Virus record (IMG/VR): IMGVR_UViG_3300014011_000001
Span: 1 to 42,718 of that record
Direction: 5' to 3' (one strand)
Length of the DNA: 42,718 nucleotides
Source of the DNA: a virus
The position numbers were made by a program, and so were the translations under genes. Shown here piece after piece: positions 8,121 through 18,308 of this stretch. Position 1 is the stretch's first letter. Each line of letters starts with the position of its first letter. The notes under the pieces are model-generated. The model saw only the letters and a list, made by a program, of their open reading frames with translations, did no database searches and had not been told where the DNA came from.

Positions 8121-8176
8121 AGATATATGAGGGAAATAAGCGTTCCTTCCATCCTAAAAGAAAGGGGGGTGAGAAT

Positions 8177-8755
8177 GTGAGTGAAACAGCAAAAACAAAA
8201 TTGGATGAAAAAACAGTCGTTAATACTAAGACGATTGCCAAAATGTTCAATATGACAGAACGTAATGTTCGTTACTTGGTTGAGGAAGGTGTTATTTCTC
8301 GTGTTACTCATGGACGTTATGACCTCATAGATACAGTGAGCCGATATATTACTTTTCTTAAAATGTCTTTTGATGGCATGGATGAAAGCAAGGTAATGGA
8401 ATCACTAGAATATGAGAAATGGCTACATGAAAAAGCAAAACGAGAAAAGGCAGAGATTGAATTAGCCCATATCAAGAAAGAGATGCATAAAGCTGATGAG
8501 GTTGAGAAGGTTCAGAATCATATGGTAATGGCATTCCGTTCTAAAATGTTATCTCTCCCATCTAAAGTAGCATTGCAGTTGGCCAATAAAGATGATCCTA
8601 AATTGATTGAAGCAATTCTGGAAAGGGATATACATGAAGCTTTGTCAGAGATGGCAGAGTATAATCCAATGCAATATTTCATTGAGGATGATATAGAAGT
8701 AGAAATGGTAGGTGATGAAGATGGTTCGAAAACAAACGATGAACCTGTTCAATAA
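8177..8755 (+). CDS. terS: Terminase small subunit (lambda Nu1-like, N-terminal HTH)
   Basis: GTG start after AAAGGGGGG. HTH segment KTIAKMFNMTERNVRYLVEEGVISRV, followed by a coiled-coil and an acidic tail. Overlaps the large-subunit gene. Confidence 0.75.
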   Translation: MSETAKTKLDEKTVVNTKTIAKMFNMTERNVRYLVEEGVISRVTHGRYDLIDTVSRYITFLKMSFDGMDESKVMESLEYEKWLHEKAKREKAEIELAHIKKEMHKADEVEKVQNHMVMAFRSKMLSLPSKVALQLANKDDPKLIEAILERDIHEALSEMAEYNPMQYFIEDDIEVEMVGDEDGSKTNDEPVQ

Positions 8756-10550
8756 GATAGCAAGCTTGGTAGCACCACCACCGAAATTAACCGTATCACA
8801 ATGGGCAGATAAACATAGGGTGTTGTCTAAAGAAGCCTCTGCAGAACATGGTCGATGGAATACAGATCGTGCACCTTATCAACGAGAAATAATGGATGCA
8901 GTAAATGATCCAGATGTGGATCAAATTGTTGTGATGTCGTCTGCCCAGGTTGGAAAGTCGGAGATCATTAACAATATTATTGGTTATCATATTGACTATG
9001 ATCCAGCACCAATGCTCTTGATGCAGCCAACCCTTGAAATGGCAGAGGCTTATTCCAAAGATCGTATAGCTTCAATGATTCGAGATACACCAGCACTTTC
9101 AAAAAAGGTTAATAGTCCAAAAGCAAAGGATGGTAACAATACCCTCCTTCAAAAGAAATTTGCAGGTGGCCATTTAACGCTTGTGGGTGCAAATTCACCT
9201 GCAAGTTTGGCATCACGTCCAGTTCGTATCGTGTTGGCCGATGAGGTAGATCGATTCCCACCATCAGCAGGTGCAGAAGGTGATCCATTAGCACTTGCAC
9301 AGAAGCGAACAAAAACGTTCTGGAACAATAAGTGGGTATCAGTTTCAACACCTACAATTAAGGGAGCATCCAGAATTGAAACAGAATATGAAGAAAGTAC
9401 AAAAGAACAGTGGTGTGTAGCATGTCCAAGTTGCGGATTTTTCCAACCATATAGTTGGCCGCAAATTCGATTTGAAACAGTTACGATGGAATGTGTAGAG
9501 TGCAAAACGCAACATACAGAAGTTGAGTGGAAATCCCGACCAGGTCGCTGGATTGCAAGAAATCCAGGAGCTTCAAAACGTGGCTTTCATTTGAATGCAC
9601 TTGCATCACCATGGGAAAGATGGTCAAAAATCATAGCAGAATTTAAAGAAGCCAAAAGAAAAGGTATGGAAACGCTAAAAACATGGAAAAACACAACACT
9701 AGGCGAATCTTGGGAAGAACACAATAGTGAACAAGATCATGCAAGGCTAGTAGCAAGGAGAAAACCATATAATTGTGATATTCCAGAAGGCGTTCTAGTC
9801 TTAACTGCAGGTGTCGATGTTCAAGATGATCGTTTAGAGGTTGAAATTGTTGGTTGGGGAATCGATGAAATTAGTTGGGGTATATCCTATAAAATATTTT
9901 ATGGTGATCCAGGACAAAAAATTGTTTGGGAGCAATTAGACACTTTCTTGCAAAACGAATGGCTTTGCAATGATGGTACTAGATTGACCATTTCAGCGAC
10001 ATGCGTGGATAGTGGAGGACATTATACAAGCGAAGTGTATGATTTTTGTAAGGAACGCGAACATAGACGTGTATTTGCTATAAAAGGTAGAGGTGGAAGT
10101 GGTGTACCGTTTATCAATAAACCATCAAAGGTTGGTCGTCAAAATGTCCATTTATTCTCTATTGGTGTTGATGAAGGGAAAGATTTAATTACGTCACGAT
10201 TAAAAATTGAATATGAAGATAAACCAGGCTATTGTCATTTCCCTACAGAAGCTGAAAAGGGATATGATGAAGCCTTTTTTGTTGGCCTCACATCAGAGTA
10301 TAAGAAAACACTTTGGATAGGTGGAGTACCAAAGCAAAAATGGGTGAAACGAACATCTGGAATAAGAAACGAACCATTAGACTTGCGGAACTACGCAACT
10401 GCAGCATTAAGAATCTTAAATCCTGATTTGCAGTATCTAAAGGACCACAAATTGAATGGCAGTGTGTTTACTCAAACGGTAAGGCGTAAAAAAAAAGAAG
10501 AACTATTTCGAAAGGTTTGTAGCATATGGCATTTTCTGTTCAAGAAATAA
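8712..10550 (+). CDS. terL: Terminase large subunit, GpA (lambda gpA-like) family
   Basis: N-terminal VSQWADKHRVLS...GRWNTDRAPYQREIMD, Walker A-like MSSAQVGKSE, Walker B LADEVDRF, Zn-ribbon CPSCG...CVECK. Start could be 8712/8715 or ATG 8739. Confidence 0.9.
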   Translation: MMKMVRKQTMNLFNKIASLVAPPPKLTVSQWADKHRVLSKEASAEHGRWNTDRAPYQREIMDAVNDPDVDQIVVMSSAQVGKSEIINNIIGYHIDYDPAPMLLMQPTLEMAEAYSKDRIASMIRDTPALSKKVNSPKAKDGNNTLLQKKFAGGHLTLVGANSPASLASRPVRIVLADEVDRFPPSAGAEGDPLALAQKRTKTFWNNKWVSVSTPTIKGASRIETEYEESTKEQWCVACPSCGFFQPYSWPQIRFETVTMECVECKTQHTEVEWKSRPGRWIARNPGASKRGFHLNALASPWERWSKIIAEFKEAKRKGMETLKTWKNTTLGESWEEHNSEQDHARLVARRKPYNCDIPEGVLVLTAGVDVQDDRLEVEIVGWGIDEISWGISYKIFYGDPGQKIVWEQLDTFLQNEWLCNDGTRLTISATCVDSGGHYTSEVYDFCKEREHRRVFAIKGRGGSGVPFINKPSKVGRQNVHLFSIGVDEGKDLITSRLKIEYEDKPGYCHFPTEAEKGYDEAFFVGLTSEYKKTLWIGGVPKQKWVKRTSGIRNEPLDLRNYATAALRILNPDLQYLKDHKLNGSVFTQTVRRKKKEELFRKVCSIWHFLFKK

Positions 10551-10759
10551 GAAAGCGACTACAAATGTGGCTCGATGCAGAAGAAGCAATTGCAAATGGC
10601 CAAAGTTATTCAATCGATAACAGGCGATTAGAGCGTGCTAATTTGGCACAAGTCCGAGAACAAATAAAGTTTTGGAAAAAAGAATTAATACAAGCAGAGG
10701 AAAAAACAAGTGGCCGTAGTAAAAGGCGGGTCATAAGGGTAGTTCCACGTGATTTGTAG
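10526..10759 (+). CDS. Head-tail joining protein, lambda gpW-like
   Basis: 77 aa. LDAEEAIANGQSYSIDNRRLERANLAQVREQIKFWKKEL matches the gpW pattern, and the gene sits between terL and portal as in lambda. Confidence 0.75.
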   Translation: MAFSVQEIRKRLQMWLDAEEAIANGQSYSIDNRRLERANLAQVREQIKFWKKELIQAEEKTSGRSKRRVIRVVPRDL

Positions 10760-10774
10760 GGAGGGATAACATTC

Positions 10775-12352
10775 ATGAATCTTGTAGATAAGGCAATAGC
10801 AATGGTATCTCCAGAGCGAGCCCTAAAACGTGTTGGAGCACGAAAAAGATTAGACATTATGAATACTGGTTACTCAAACAGTGGTGCTAGTAGGCGTAAA
10901 AAATCTATGCTTGGTTGGTTGTTTAAAGGTGGCAGTACAAAAGAAGATATTGATGAAAATTTAGATACCCTGCGACAACGTTCCAGGGACCTATATATGA
11001 ATACACCACTAGCGACAGGCTCCTTGAAAAATATTCGCACAAATGTAGTCGGTGGAGGCTTGGTGTTAAATGCACGAATCGACCATGAATTTTTAGGTTT
11101 AACAGAGGAAGAAGCTGATGAATGGGAAACAACCGTGGAACGTGAATTTGCATTGTGGTCTGAATCTATTTTGTGTGATGCCCTCCAAATGCATGATTTT
11201 TATGAATTACAACAGTTGTCCTTTTTATCTTTTTTAATGTCAGGAGAGGTATTTGTATTATTGCCATACCGTTATCATGGTCATCATTCTTATGGTTTAA
11301 GAGTACAGCTCATTGAAGCAGATCGTATATCCTCCCCATCAGGAAATAATCCAAACATTATTAATGGTGTTGAGGTGGGTAAATATGGTGAAGTAGTTGC
11401 TTATCATATTCTAAATCACCATCCATTAGCAACCTCTACTGGCAAAAAAGAGTGGCAAAAAGTAGAAAAGTTTGGAAGGAAAACGAACAGACAAAATATT
11501 CTACATTTGATGGAATCAGAGCGTCCTGAACAGCGTAGGGGTGTACCCATTTTAGCACCTGTTATCGAGTCACTGAAACAATTGGATCGATATACTGAAG
11601 CAGAATTAACAGCAGCATTGGTATCTTCTTTATTTACAGTCTTTATTGAAACAAAAGGTGAAGAAGGTAGTAGTAGTCCAATTTTTGGTGAAGCTATCGC
11701 TGAATCCGAACAGGTAGATAGAGAAGATGAATCCAGTTATGAATTAGGAGCAGGTGCAATTATTGCATTAGAAGAAGGAGAAAAAGCTAGCACATCCAAT
11801 CCAGCTCGAAACAATGCTTCTTTCGATCCTTTTGTAGTAGCTGTTTGTCGTCAAATAGGTTCAGCGTTAGAACTGCCTTACGAGGTCCTACTTAAACACT
11901 TTACTAGTTCTTATTCTGCATCAAGAGCAGCGCTAATTGAAGCTTGGAAAATGTTTAGAATGAGGCGTAAATTTATGGCTACACGCTTTTGTCAGCCAAT
12001 ATATGAGGAATTTTTAACAGAAGCTGTTTTACTTGGCCGTATTCATGCACCTGGTTTTTTGACGGATCCACTTATTCGAAAAGCTTATTGTGGTGCTGAG
12101 TGGAATGGTCCAAGTCAAGGGCAACTAGATCCACTGAAAGAAGTTAATGCTGCTGTAATTAGGGTAGAGAACGAATTTAGTACACGAGAAAAGGAAACAG
12201 CAGAACTTACAGGTTCAAACTATTGGAACAACCATGCGCAGCGTATACGAGAGGAAAAGGCACGTAGAGAGGCAGGTTTAGATTCCAACTACACAGAGAT
12301 TATGAAAAGTGCTCTTCAACAAAAGGAGGTGAAAGAAGATGGCGAGGATTGA
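10775..12352 (+). CDS. Portal protein, lambda (gpB) family
   Basis: 525 aa, placed after terL/gpW and before the protease. The overall pattern resembles lambda-family portals. Confidence 0.88.
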   Translation: MNLVDKAIAMVSPERALKRVGARKRLDIMNTGYSNSGASRRKKSMLGWLFKGGSTKEDIDENLDTLRQRSRDLYMNTPLATGSLKNIRTNVVGGGLVLNARIDHEFLGLTEEEADEWETTVEREFALWSESILCDALQMHDFYELQQLSFLSFLMSGEVFVLLPYRYHGHHSYGLRVQLIEADRISSPSGNNPNIINGVEVGKYGEVVAYHILNHHPLATSTGKKEWQKVEKFGRKTNRQNILHLMESERPEQRRGVPILAPVIESLKQLDRYTEAELTAALVSSLFTVFIETKGEEGSSSPIFGEAIAESEQVDREDESSYELGAGAIIALEEGEKASTSNPARNNASFDPFVVAVCRQIGSALELPYEVLLKHFTSSYSASRAALIEAWKMFRMRRKFMATRFCQPIYEEFLTEAVLLGRIHAPGFLTDPLIRKAYCGAEWNGPSQGQLDPLKEVNAAVIRVENEFSTREKETAELTGSNYWNNHAQRIREEKARREAGLDSNYTEIMKSALQQKEVKEDGED

Positions 12353-13403
12353 TATTCGAGGGGCGATTGTATCAGATGGTGAACAGTGGATTTATGATTG
12401 GTTTGATGTTCCAGCTGTAAGCCCTAAACGTGTCATGCAACAAATTGATAGAGCAATTTCTAGTCAAGACAAAGAATTAATCGTTAACATCAATAGTCAT
12501 GGTGGATCTGTATATGCAGCATCAGAGATATGGTCACATATAAAAAAATTTCCTGGTGATTCAGTTGCAGAAATTACAGGTGTATGTGCTAGTGCAGCAT
12601 CTATTCCAGCATTAGCAACAAAACGTACTGTAATAGCTCCTGTTGGGGCTTTAATGATTCATAATGCATCAGTGGTAGCGCAAGGTGATTATCGAGAAAT
12701 GGAAGCAATGAAACAACTTTTAGTACAAACAAATGAAGCGATTATGCAAACATATAAGGAAAAAACCAAGAAGTCAGATGAAGAGTTGAAGCAAATGATG
12801 GATGCTGAAACTTGGATGAATGCTCAACAAGCATTGGAACATGGTTTTGTAGATGAAATCATGTTTGCTAAAGAGATGGGTATTGTGGCTTCAAATACAG
12901 ATGTAGGTGCTAACGGCTTTTTACCAAAAGAGGTAATTGAAAAGATGCACAATTTACGTGCTGCAGATCCAAATATGTTGATAAAAAACAGTGCTTCGAC
13001 AGGCGGTCCAGTACCAGAGCCAGAAGCAGAAGGAGAGGGTCAAAAAATGGACTTACAAGAATTACAAAACAAACACCCTGAATTAGTAGAGCAAATTCGT
13101 AATACAGCCAAGAATGAGGCTGTTGCTGAAGAGCGTAAACGTATTCAAGACATTGAAAATTTTGCACAACCAGGTATGGAGAATATTGTTAATAAAGCGA
13201 AATTTGAAACAGGTATTTCAGCAGCTGAAACAGCAATGGAAATTTTAAATGCACAAAAGGAACAAAACAAAGTGCAAATGAAAAACCGTATTGAAGATGC
13301 AGTTGAATTAAATAATATTGCTGCTGAAGAAGCACCAAAAAACAGTGATGACAAAGAAGTAGATGCATTAGTAAACAAAGTTTTTGGAACAGGAGTGAAT
13401 TAA
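12339..13403 (+). CDS. Head maturation protease (ClpP/S49-like) fused to a scaffold-like coiled-coil C-terminus (lambda gpC/Nu3 arrangement)
   Basis: INSHGGSVYAASEIWSHIKKF...ITGVCASAASIPALA...MIHNAS is a ClpP/S49-type serine protease core. The C-terminal half is Glu/Lys/Ala-rich helical sequence. Confidence 0.85.
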   Translation: MARIDIRGAIVSDGEQWIYDWFDVPAVSPKRVMQQIDRAISSQDKELIVNINSHGGSVYAASEIWSHIKKFPGDSVAEITGVCASAASIPALATKRTVIAPVGALMIHNASVVAQGDYREMEAMKQLLVQTNEAIMQTYKEKTKKSDEELKQMMDAETWMNAQQALEHGFVDEIMFAKEMGIVASNTDVGANGFLPKEVIEKMHNLRAADPNMLIKNSASTGGPVPEPEAEGEGQKMDLQELQNKHPELVEQIRNTAKNEAVAEERKRIQDIENFAQPGMENIVNKAKFETGISAAETAMEILNAQKEQNKVQMKNRIEDAVELNNIAAEEAPKNSDDKEVDALVNKVFGTGVN

Positions 13404-13769
13404 ATGCCAATTTTAGAACATGAAAACTTACTCGCAGGATTTCAGTCTGATGTAGTGACAGAACCAATTACAGTAGCTCCAGAACAAGAGCTTTCAGTTG
13501 GCCAAGTATTTGCTTTAAATGCAAGTGGCCAAGCTGTTTCAATGAATGCAGAAAGTGTTGCCAGTGACGTTTATGGCATTATGGCAGATGCAGTAGCTAC
13601 AGCTACAGGTGAAACAAAGGAAGCTGTAGGTTATAAACGTGGTGAATTTAATGCTCGTAAAATTATTTTACCTGAAGGAACAGATGCTGTTCTTTATAAA
13701 AAAGCATTAAGCAATATTGGAATCACATTACGCAATACAGTACCTGCAGATCCACAAGGGGAGGAATGA
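13404..13769 (+). CDS. Head decoration protein (lambda gpD-like)
   Basis: 121 aa, immediately upstream of the capsid gene. The pattern ...GIMADAV...AVGYKRGEFNARKIILPEGTD... resembles gpD. Confidence 0.65.
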   Translation: MPILEHENLLAGFQSDVVTEPITVAPEQELSVGQVFALNASGQAVSMNAESVASDVYGIMADAVATATGETKEAVGYKRGEFNARKIILPEGTDAVLYKKALSNIGITLRNTVPADPQGEE

Positions 13770-13773
13770 TCAA

Positions 13774-14799
13774 ATGCCAGTGAATTTATTTGAGACTCGA
13801 ACAATGTTAAAGTTTTCGGAACGTATGCCACGTGTAACAACATTTTTACGTGACACGTTATTTACAGAAAAAGAATTATCACCTACAAATAAGGTTGATG
13901 TAGACATTAAAAAAGGCCGTGCCAAGGTTGCTCCGTATGTTAGTGAAAAAATCGGCGGTAAGGTTGTAGAAAACAGCGGCTATCGTACAGAAACTTTTGA
14001 GCCGCCGTTAGTTGCACCAACAACTGTGACAACAGCAGCTGATTTACAAAATCGTACAATGGGAGAAAATTTGTATTCTTCACGTACACCAGATGAACGT
14101 GCTGCCGAAAAACTAGTGAAGGATTTAAAAGAGCTTGACACAATGATTACACGTCGGGAAGAAGTAATGTGCGCACAAGCAATCTTTGATGGTGAAATCA
14201 CGGTTAAAGGCGAGGGTGTAGATTATGTTATCTCGTTTAATCATACAAATCGTGAGGCATTATCTGGGGCGAATTTATGGAGTGCATCAACTTCGAAAAA
14301 ATATGCTGATTTTAAACGTTGGGTACGTCTAGTACAAGAGACTGGATTTGTAAATGTAGACATGGTGGTTATTGCTCCTGATGTAACAGACGAATTACTA
14401 AAGGATGAAGAAATATTAAAACTTTTAGATGTTCGTAATGTGAATATTGGCGAATTTAAACCTGAAAACTTACCAAATGGCGCAACATATATTGGGACGA
14501 TTGCAGGTGTAGGTCGTATTTATGAATATGCAAGCAGTTATTATGATGATGTAGATGATAAGGTGAAACCAATTGTACCAAGTGGAACAATTGCATTGTT
14601 ATCTACAGAGGCAGAATATTCAATGGCATATGCAGCAATTACAATCGCTAAGGATGAGGATTTAGTTACTTATGAGGCAGATCGAGTGCCAGATTCATGG
14701 ACAGAAAAACGTCCTGCACGTAAGATTTTACAATTAAGCTCTAAACCACTACCGATTCCAAAAGAAGTTAACAGTTGGTTTGTTGCGAAAGTGCTTTAA
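13774..14799 (+). CDS. Major capsid protein, lambda gpE family
   Basis: ATG 13774 after GGGGAGG. 341 aa; FLRDTLF, APYVSEKIGG, TRREEVMCAQAIFDG and RVPDSWTEKRPAR parallel conserved gpE blocks. Confidence 0.85.
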   Translation: MPVNLFETRTMLKFSERMPRVTTFLRDTLFTEKELSPTNKVDVDIKKGRAKVAPYVSEKIGGKVVENSGYRTETFEPPLVAPTTVTTAADLQNRTMGENLYSSRTPDERAAEKLVKDLKELDTMITRREEVMCAQAIFDGEITVKGEGVDYVISFNHTNREALSGANLWSASTSKKYADFKRWVRLVQETGFVNVDMVVIAPDVTDELLKDEEILKLLDVRNVNIGEFKPENLPNGATYIGTIAGVGRIYEYASSYYDDVDDKVKPIVPSGTIALLSTEAEYSMAYAAITIAKDEDLVTYEADRVPDSWTEKRPARKILQLSSKPLPIPKEVNSWFVAKVL

Positions 14800-14813
14800 G
14801 GAGGGGCTAGTCA

Positions 14814-15179
14814 ATGATTAGAGCAAAGCATGTTATCCGACACAATGATGTTGTATACAATAAAGGTGCCATTATTGAAGGTTTAACGGAATCTGAAGAA
14901 GAGCGTTTAGTGCGATTAAAGTCAGCCGAATATGTCATTTCACCTGAAGAAGAATTAAAAAAGCAGCAAGTGGCCAATGATGTTAAAGTAATTCCACCAG
15001 AGCTATTCGAAGAATTAGAAAAAGCACTTGATGAAGAATACAATGCTGAAGAACTAAAACGTGCTGCTAAAGAAGTCGGCGTAGATTTAACAGGATTAAC
15101 ACGAAAAGAGCATATTATTGAGGCAATCATCAATCAAGGAAAAGCCGATGAGCTTTTAGAAGATGATCATGATGAATAA
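14814..15179 (+). CDS. Hypothetical acidic head-associated protein with a Rho_N/SAP-like C-terminal motif
   Basis: 121 aa. ELKRAAKEVGVDLTGLTRKEHIIEAII resembles the Rho N-terminal-like helix-extended-helix motif common in phage head-module proteins. Confidence 0.55.
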   Translation: MIRAKHVIRHNDVVYNKGAIIEGLTESEEERLVRLKSAEYVISPEEELKKQQVANDVKVIPPELFEELEKALDEEYNAEELKRAAKEVGVDLTGLTRKEHIIEAIINQGKADELLEDDHDE

Positions 15180-15507
15180 AACGTTTAAAGACTTCATTTT
15201 GGAGGATTTGGACGTTTTTTTTAATGATGATGAAATGGCTGATGAACATGAGTTACAGGGAGAAACATTGTTGATAGTGGTGGTAGATAGTCAATCAAAC
15301 AACGACATCACAGGTTTTCCCAACACACAAATGTACGCATCACAAGAGGTATACAAACAATATAAAACAGTTTATGTTAAAGCATCTGAATTTCATATAC
15401 CACGTATCGATAGCATTATCACCCTAGATGGTGAAGAGTATTATGTTGAAGATGCTAAGGATGAAAAAGGGATTATCAGAATAGTTCTGAGCCTTAATGA
15501 AAGTTAG
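15163..15507 (+). CDS. Probable head-tail connector protein (in the position of lambda FII)
   Basis: 114 aa ORF between the capsid and gpZ-like genes. Assigned by synteny only. Confidence 0.45.
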   Translation: MIMMNKTFKDFILEDLDVFFNDDEMADEHELQGETLLIVVVDSQSNNDITGFPNTQMYASQEVYKQYKTVYVKASEFHIPRIDSIITLDGEEYYVEDAKDEKGIIRIVLSLNES

Positions 15508-15515
15508 GTGTTCTT

Positions 15516-16064
15516 ATGATTGAAATCAATGTTCTTCAGATTGAGCGATTAAATCAAATATTTAGAGACACACCAGAACAAATACCCATTGTTTTATCAA
15601 GGGCTATAAACAGAGCTGCACAAGCTGGAAGAACGCAAGCAGCTAGAGAAGCAAGGTCAAAATATACAGTTCGGCATGGTGATGTTCTTAAAACGTTAAA
15701 AATCAATCGTGCGCATAGAGGTAATTTATACGCTTCTATTAGCTCTAAAGGCGAATTGATTCCTTTAATTGCTTTTAAACCGAGGCAAACAAACAAAGGT
15801 GTAAGTGTTGCAGTAAAAAAGGGAGAACGCAAGCAGTTAAAATCGCTATTTCTAACAACAATATCAAATCCAAGGTATTCAGAAATCGCTACAAACGTCT
15901 TTGGACGAGTTTCTGCTGAACGGTATCCCTTGAGAGGTCACTATGGCCCATCGATTCCACAAATGATTGAAAATGAGGAATCAATGGCATCTGTTGGTGG
16001 CCGAATCGCTGAAGTATTAGATGATCGTGTTAGACATGAAATAGATTTTTTATTAAGGGGTTGA
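15516..16064 (+). CDS. Lambda gpZ-like tail/head-tail completion protein
   Basis: 182 aa. AINRAAQAGRTQAAREARSKYTVRHGDVLKTLKINRA and GELIPLIAFKP parallel lambda Z (AINRVASSAISQSASQVARETKV...RLKRA, GDLPVIKLG), compared from memory. Confidence 0.55.
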   Translation: MIEINVLQIERLNQIFRDTPEQIPIVLSRAINRAAQAGRTQAAREARSKYTVRHGDVLKTLKINRAHRGNLYASISSKGELIPLIAFKPRQTNKGVSVAVKKGERKQLKSLFLTTISNPRYSEIATNVFGRVSAERYPLRGHYGPSIPQMIENEESMASVGGRIAEVLDDRVRHEIDFLLRG

Positions 16065-16553
16065 TTGTGGGTGCATGGAATAGATTTAGTCGATTCTTTA
16101 ACCAATTTTTTAGAAGAAAAGTTAAAAGACTTAGAGTTGCCTACAAAATCACCAGAAGTCTATAAATCTCCTAACATTTATGGAGGATATGCACCACCAA
16201 AACCAAGCCAAAGAACTGAAGAAGTTGATTCGGAAGGTTATCCATTTGTCATCATTAGATATTTAGGACAAACAGACGTAATTTTTGATAAAAAAACAAT
16301 GTCTGTACGCTTTGTAGTAGGCACATACAGCAAGGATGAGCAAAATGGTTGGCGAGATAATTTAAACGTCTGGAATCGAATAGAATTGGCGTTAAAAGAG
16401 ACACAAACAATAGGGCCATTTTCTATAACTGGCAAAATTGAATTGGATCTCTTTGAGGAACAAATGCGCCCTACATGGCATTCTACCGCAATAGTAGAAT
16501 TTGAAGCACCACAAATTCAAGTAGATAGGAGTGTATTAGAAGATGACTTCTAA
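16065..16553 (+). CDS. Hypothetical tail-completion/terminator-position protein (162 aa)
   Basis: Non-ATG start. Tightly packed in the morphogenesis operon. Confidence 0.5.
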   Translation: MWVHGIDLVDSLTNFLEEKLKDLELPTKSPEVYKSPNIYGGYAPPKPSQRTEEVDSEGYPFVIIRYLGQTDVIFDKKTMSVRFVVGTYSKDEQNGWRDNLNVWNRIELALKETQTIGPFSITGKIELDLFEEQMRPTWHSTAIVEFEAPQIQVDRSVLEDDF

Positions 16554-16860
16554 AATTGAAAATGAAAAAGCAACACCAAAACAGGTTGGTGATGCAATCA
16601 AAAAGGCATCTGCTGAAACAAACGCAGATGTCTTAATTTATGTTGGTCCAACAACCAAGCAACTAACACAATATGCGACTTTTATTGGTGGTAAACCTGG
16701 TCACATGAAAGAGCATTTTGAAAAATGCAAAGTACTAGAAAAGCTATTCATTACAACAAACGAGTTTGAAAGCTTTGAAAAACAACTTTCGGATACTAAT
16801 TCGGTTGAAAGCACGCTGTTCAAAAAAGTAAAAGAATATTTCCAGAATGAGGTGAAATAA
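16543..16860 (+). CDS. Hypothetical structural-module protein (105 aa)
   Basis: Overlaps the previous gene and lies directly upstream of the sheath gene. Confidence 0.5.
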   Translation: MTSKIENEKATPKQVGDAIKKASAETNADVLIYVGPTTKQLTQYATFIGGKPGHMKEHFEKCKVLEKLFITTNEFESFEKQLSDTNSVESTLFKKVKEYFQNEVK

Positions 16861-16862
16861 TT

Positions 16863-18293
16863 ATGGCATTTCGACATGGCTCCCGAGTAACTGAAGCGCC
16901 AACATCCTTAATGACACCTGTGGTTGCAACAGCTACTTTACCTGTAGTTTTTGGTACAGCACCAGTTAACCTTGCTAAAACACCTCACATCAATCAAATT
17001 GTTGTAGCTTATTCGTTTGGTGAGGCGCAAGAGGCATTGGGTTATTCGGACGATTGGAAGAACTATACCTTATGTGAAGCAATAGATGCAGCATTCCGTC
17101 TATTTAACGTAGCGCCAGTTATTTTTGTAAATGTACTAGATCCAGAAAAACATAATGAAGCAGTTAAATTAGAAGTGCCAGTTGAAAATAAAAAGGCAGT
17201 GATCACTACAAAAGGTATTTTATTAGATACCTTAAAAGTGAAGTTAAGTGAAGCAGATCAAACAGCCTTAAACTTAGATGTAGATTATGTTGCTTCTTTT
17301 GATGAAGATGGCCAAGTAGTCATTGTGCCTTTAATTGAAGCGACTAACTTGTTTGTTGAAGGTACACGAATTGCGCCTGAAAAGGTAACAGCTAATGATA
17401 TTATCGGAGGTTCAGATGTAAATACAGGTAAGGTAAAAGGCTTGGAATTGCTTAATAGTGTTTTCCCTAAAACGGGGATGGTACCTGGCTTAGTGTTTGC
17501 TCCTAAATACGCAAAAAATCCAATGGTTGCAGCTGTGATGAAGGCAAAGGCATCTGTAGTAAACACATATTTTAGAGCTGCATCATTATCAGATATTGAT
17601 ACAGCCGAAGCAGACGTTTATACAAAGGCTAATGAATGGAAAAACAAAAATAATTACACAGGCACTAATGAATTTACTGGATGGCCATTATTAGGGCTAG
17701 GTGATAAGGTATATCACTACTCTACACAACTTGCATTTCGTATTGCCAAAACTGCAGCTGAAAATGGCGATTTCCCACATGTCAGTCCATCTAATCAGTC
17801 TTTGCAAATGACAAAAATGTTAAATGAGGCAGGCGATGAAATTGATTTGGGGCCAGATCAAGCAGAACTATTAAACTCTCAAGGTATTACAACAGCTCTT
17901 AATTTTATGGGTGGTTGGAAATGTTGGGGGAACCGCACAGGGGCATTCCCAGCTAATACAGATGTAAAGGATATTTTTATTCCTGTCCGTCTTACTCATA
18001 ACTGGATCGCTAATACAATCATTTTAACTACGTGGAGTAAGGTTGATGCACCAATTACACGCCGTTTAATTGATAGTATTTGTGACACTATGAATATGTG
18101 GTTCAATGGCTTACAATCGCGTGGTGTTATTTTAGGTGGACGTGTGGTATTCAAAAAAGAAAACAATCCAACACCTGACTTAATCAATGGAAAAATTCGT
18201 TTTAACTACTATGTTGCAGAACCTACACCTGCTGAGGACATCGAAAATATACTAGAATTTGATCCAATGTACTATAACAATTTATTTGAATAA
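16863..18293 (+). CDS. Contractile tail sheath protein
   Basis: 476 aa. The N-terminus FRHGSRVTEAPTSLMTPVVATATLPVVFGTAP is typical of P2 FI/XkdK-type sheaths. The tube gene follows. Confidence 0.9.
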   Translation: MAFRHGSRVTEAPTSLMTPVVATATLPVVFGTAPVNLAKTPHINQIVVAYSFGEAQEALGYSDDWKNYTLCEAIDAAFRLFNVAPVIFVNVLDPEKHNEAVKLEVPVENKKAVITTKGILLDTLKVKLSEADQTALNLDVDYVASFDEDGQVVIVPLIEATNLFVEGTRIAPEKVTANDIIGGSDVNTGKVKGLELLNSVFPKTGMVPGLVFAPKYAKNPMVAAVMKAKASVVNTYFRAASLSDIDTAEADVYTKANEWKNKNNYTGTNEFTGWPLLGLGDKVYHYSTQLAFRIAKTAAENGDFPHVSPSNQSLQMTKMLNEAGDEIDLGPDQAELLNSQGITTALNFMGGWKCWGNRTGAFPANTDVKDIFIPVRLTHNWIANTIILTTWSKVDAPITRRLIDSICDTMNMWFNGLQSRGVILGGRVVFKKENNPTPDLINGKIRFNYYVAEPTPAEDIENILEFDPMYYNNLFE

Positions 18294-18308
18294 CAGGGGG
18301 AGTTTTGA

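Noticed and set aside
8072-8311. 79-aa minus-strand ORF spanning the GC-rich island and the terS start
   Set aside because: It overlaps the terS 5' end in antisense, has no RBS, and its sequence has no recognisable features.
10485-10550. A9 tract (10488-10496) near the terL 3' end as a frameshift site fusing TerL to gpW
   Set aside because: The gpW frame is closed by TAG at 10520-10522 just upstream of its ATG, so slippage at the A-run cannot produce a fusion. The 25-nt overlap is ordinary.
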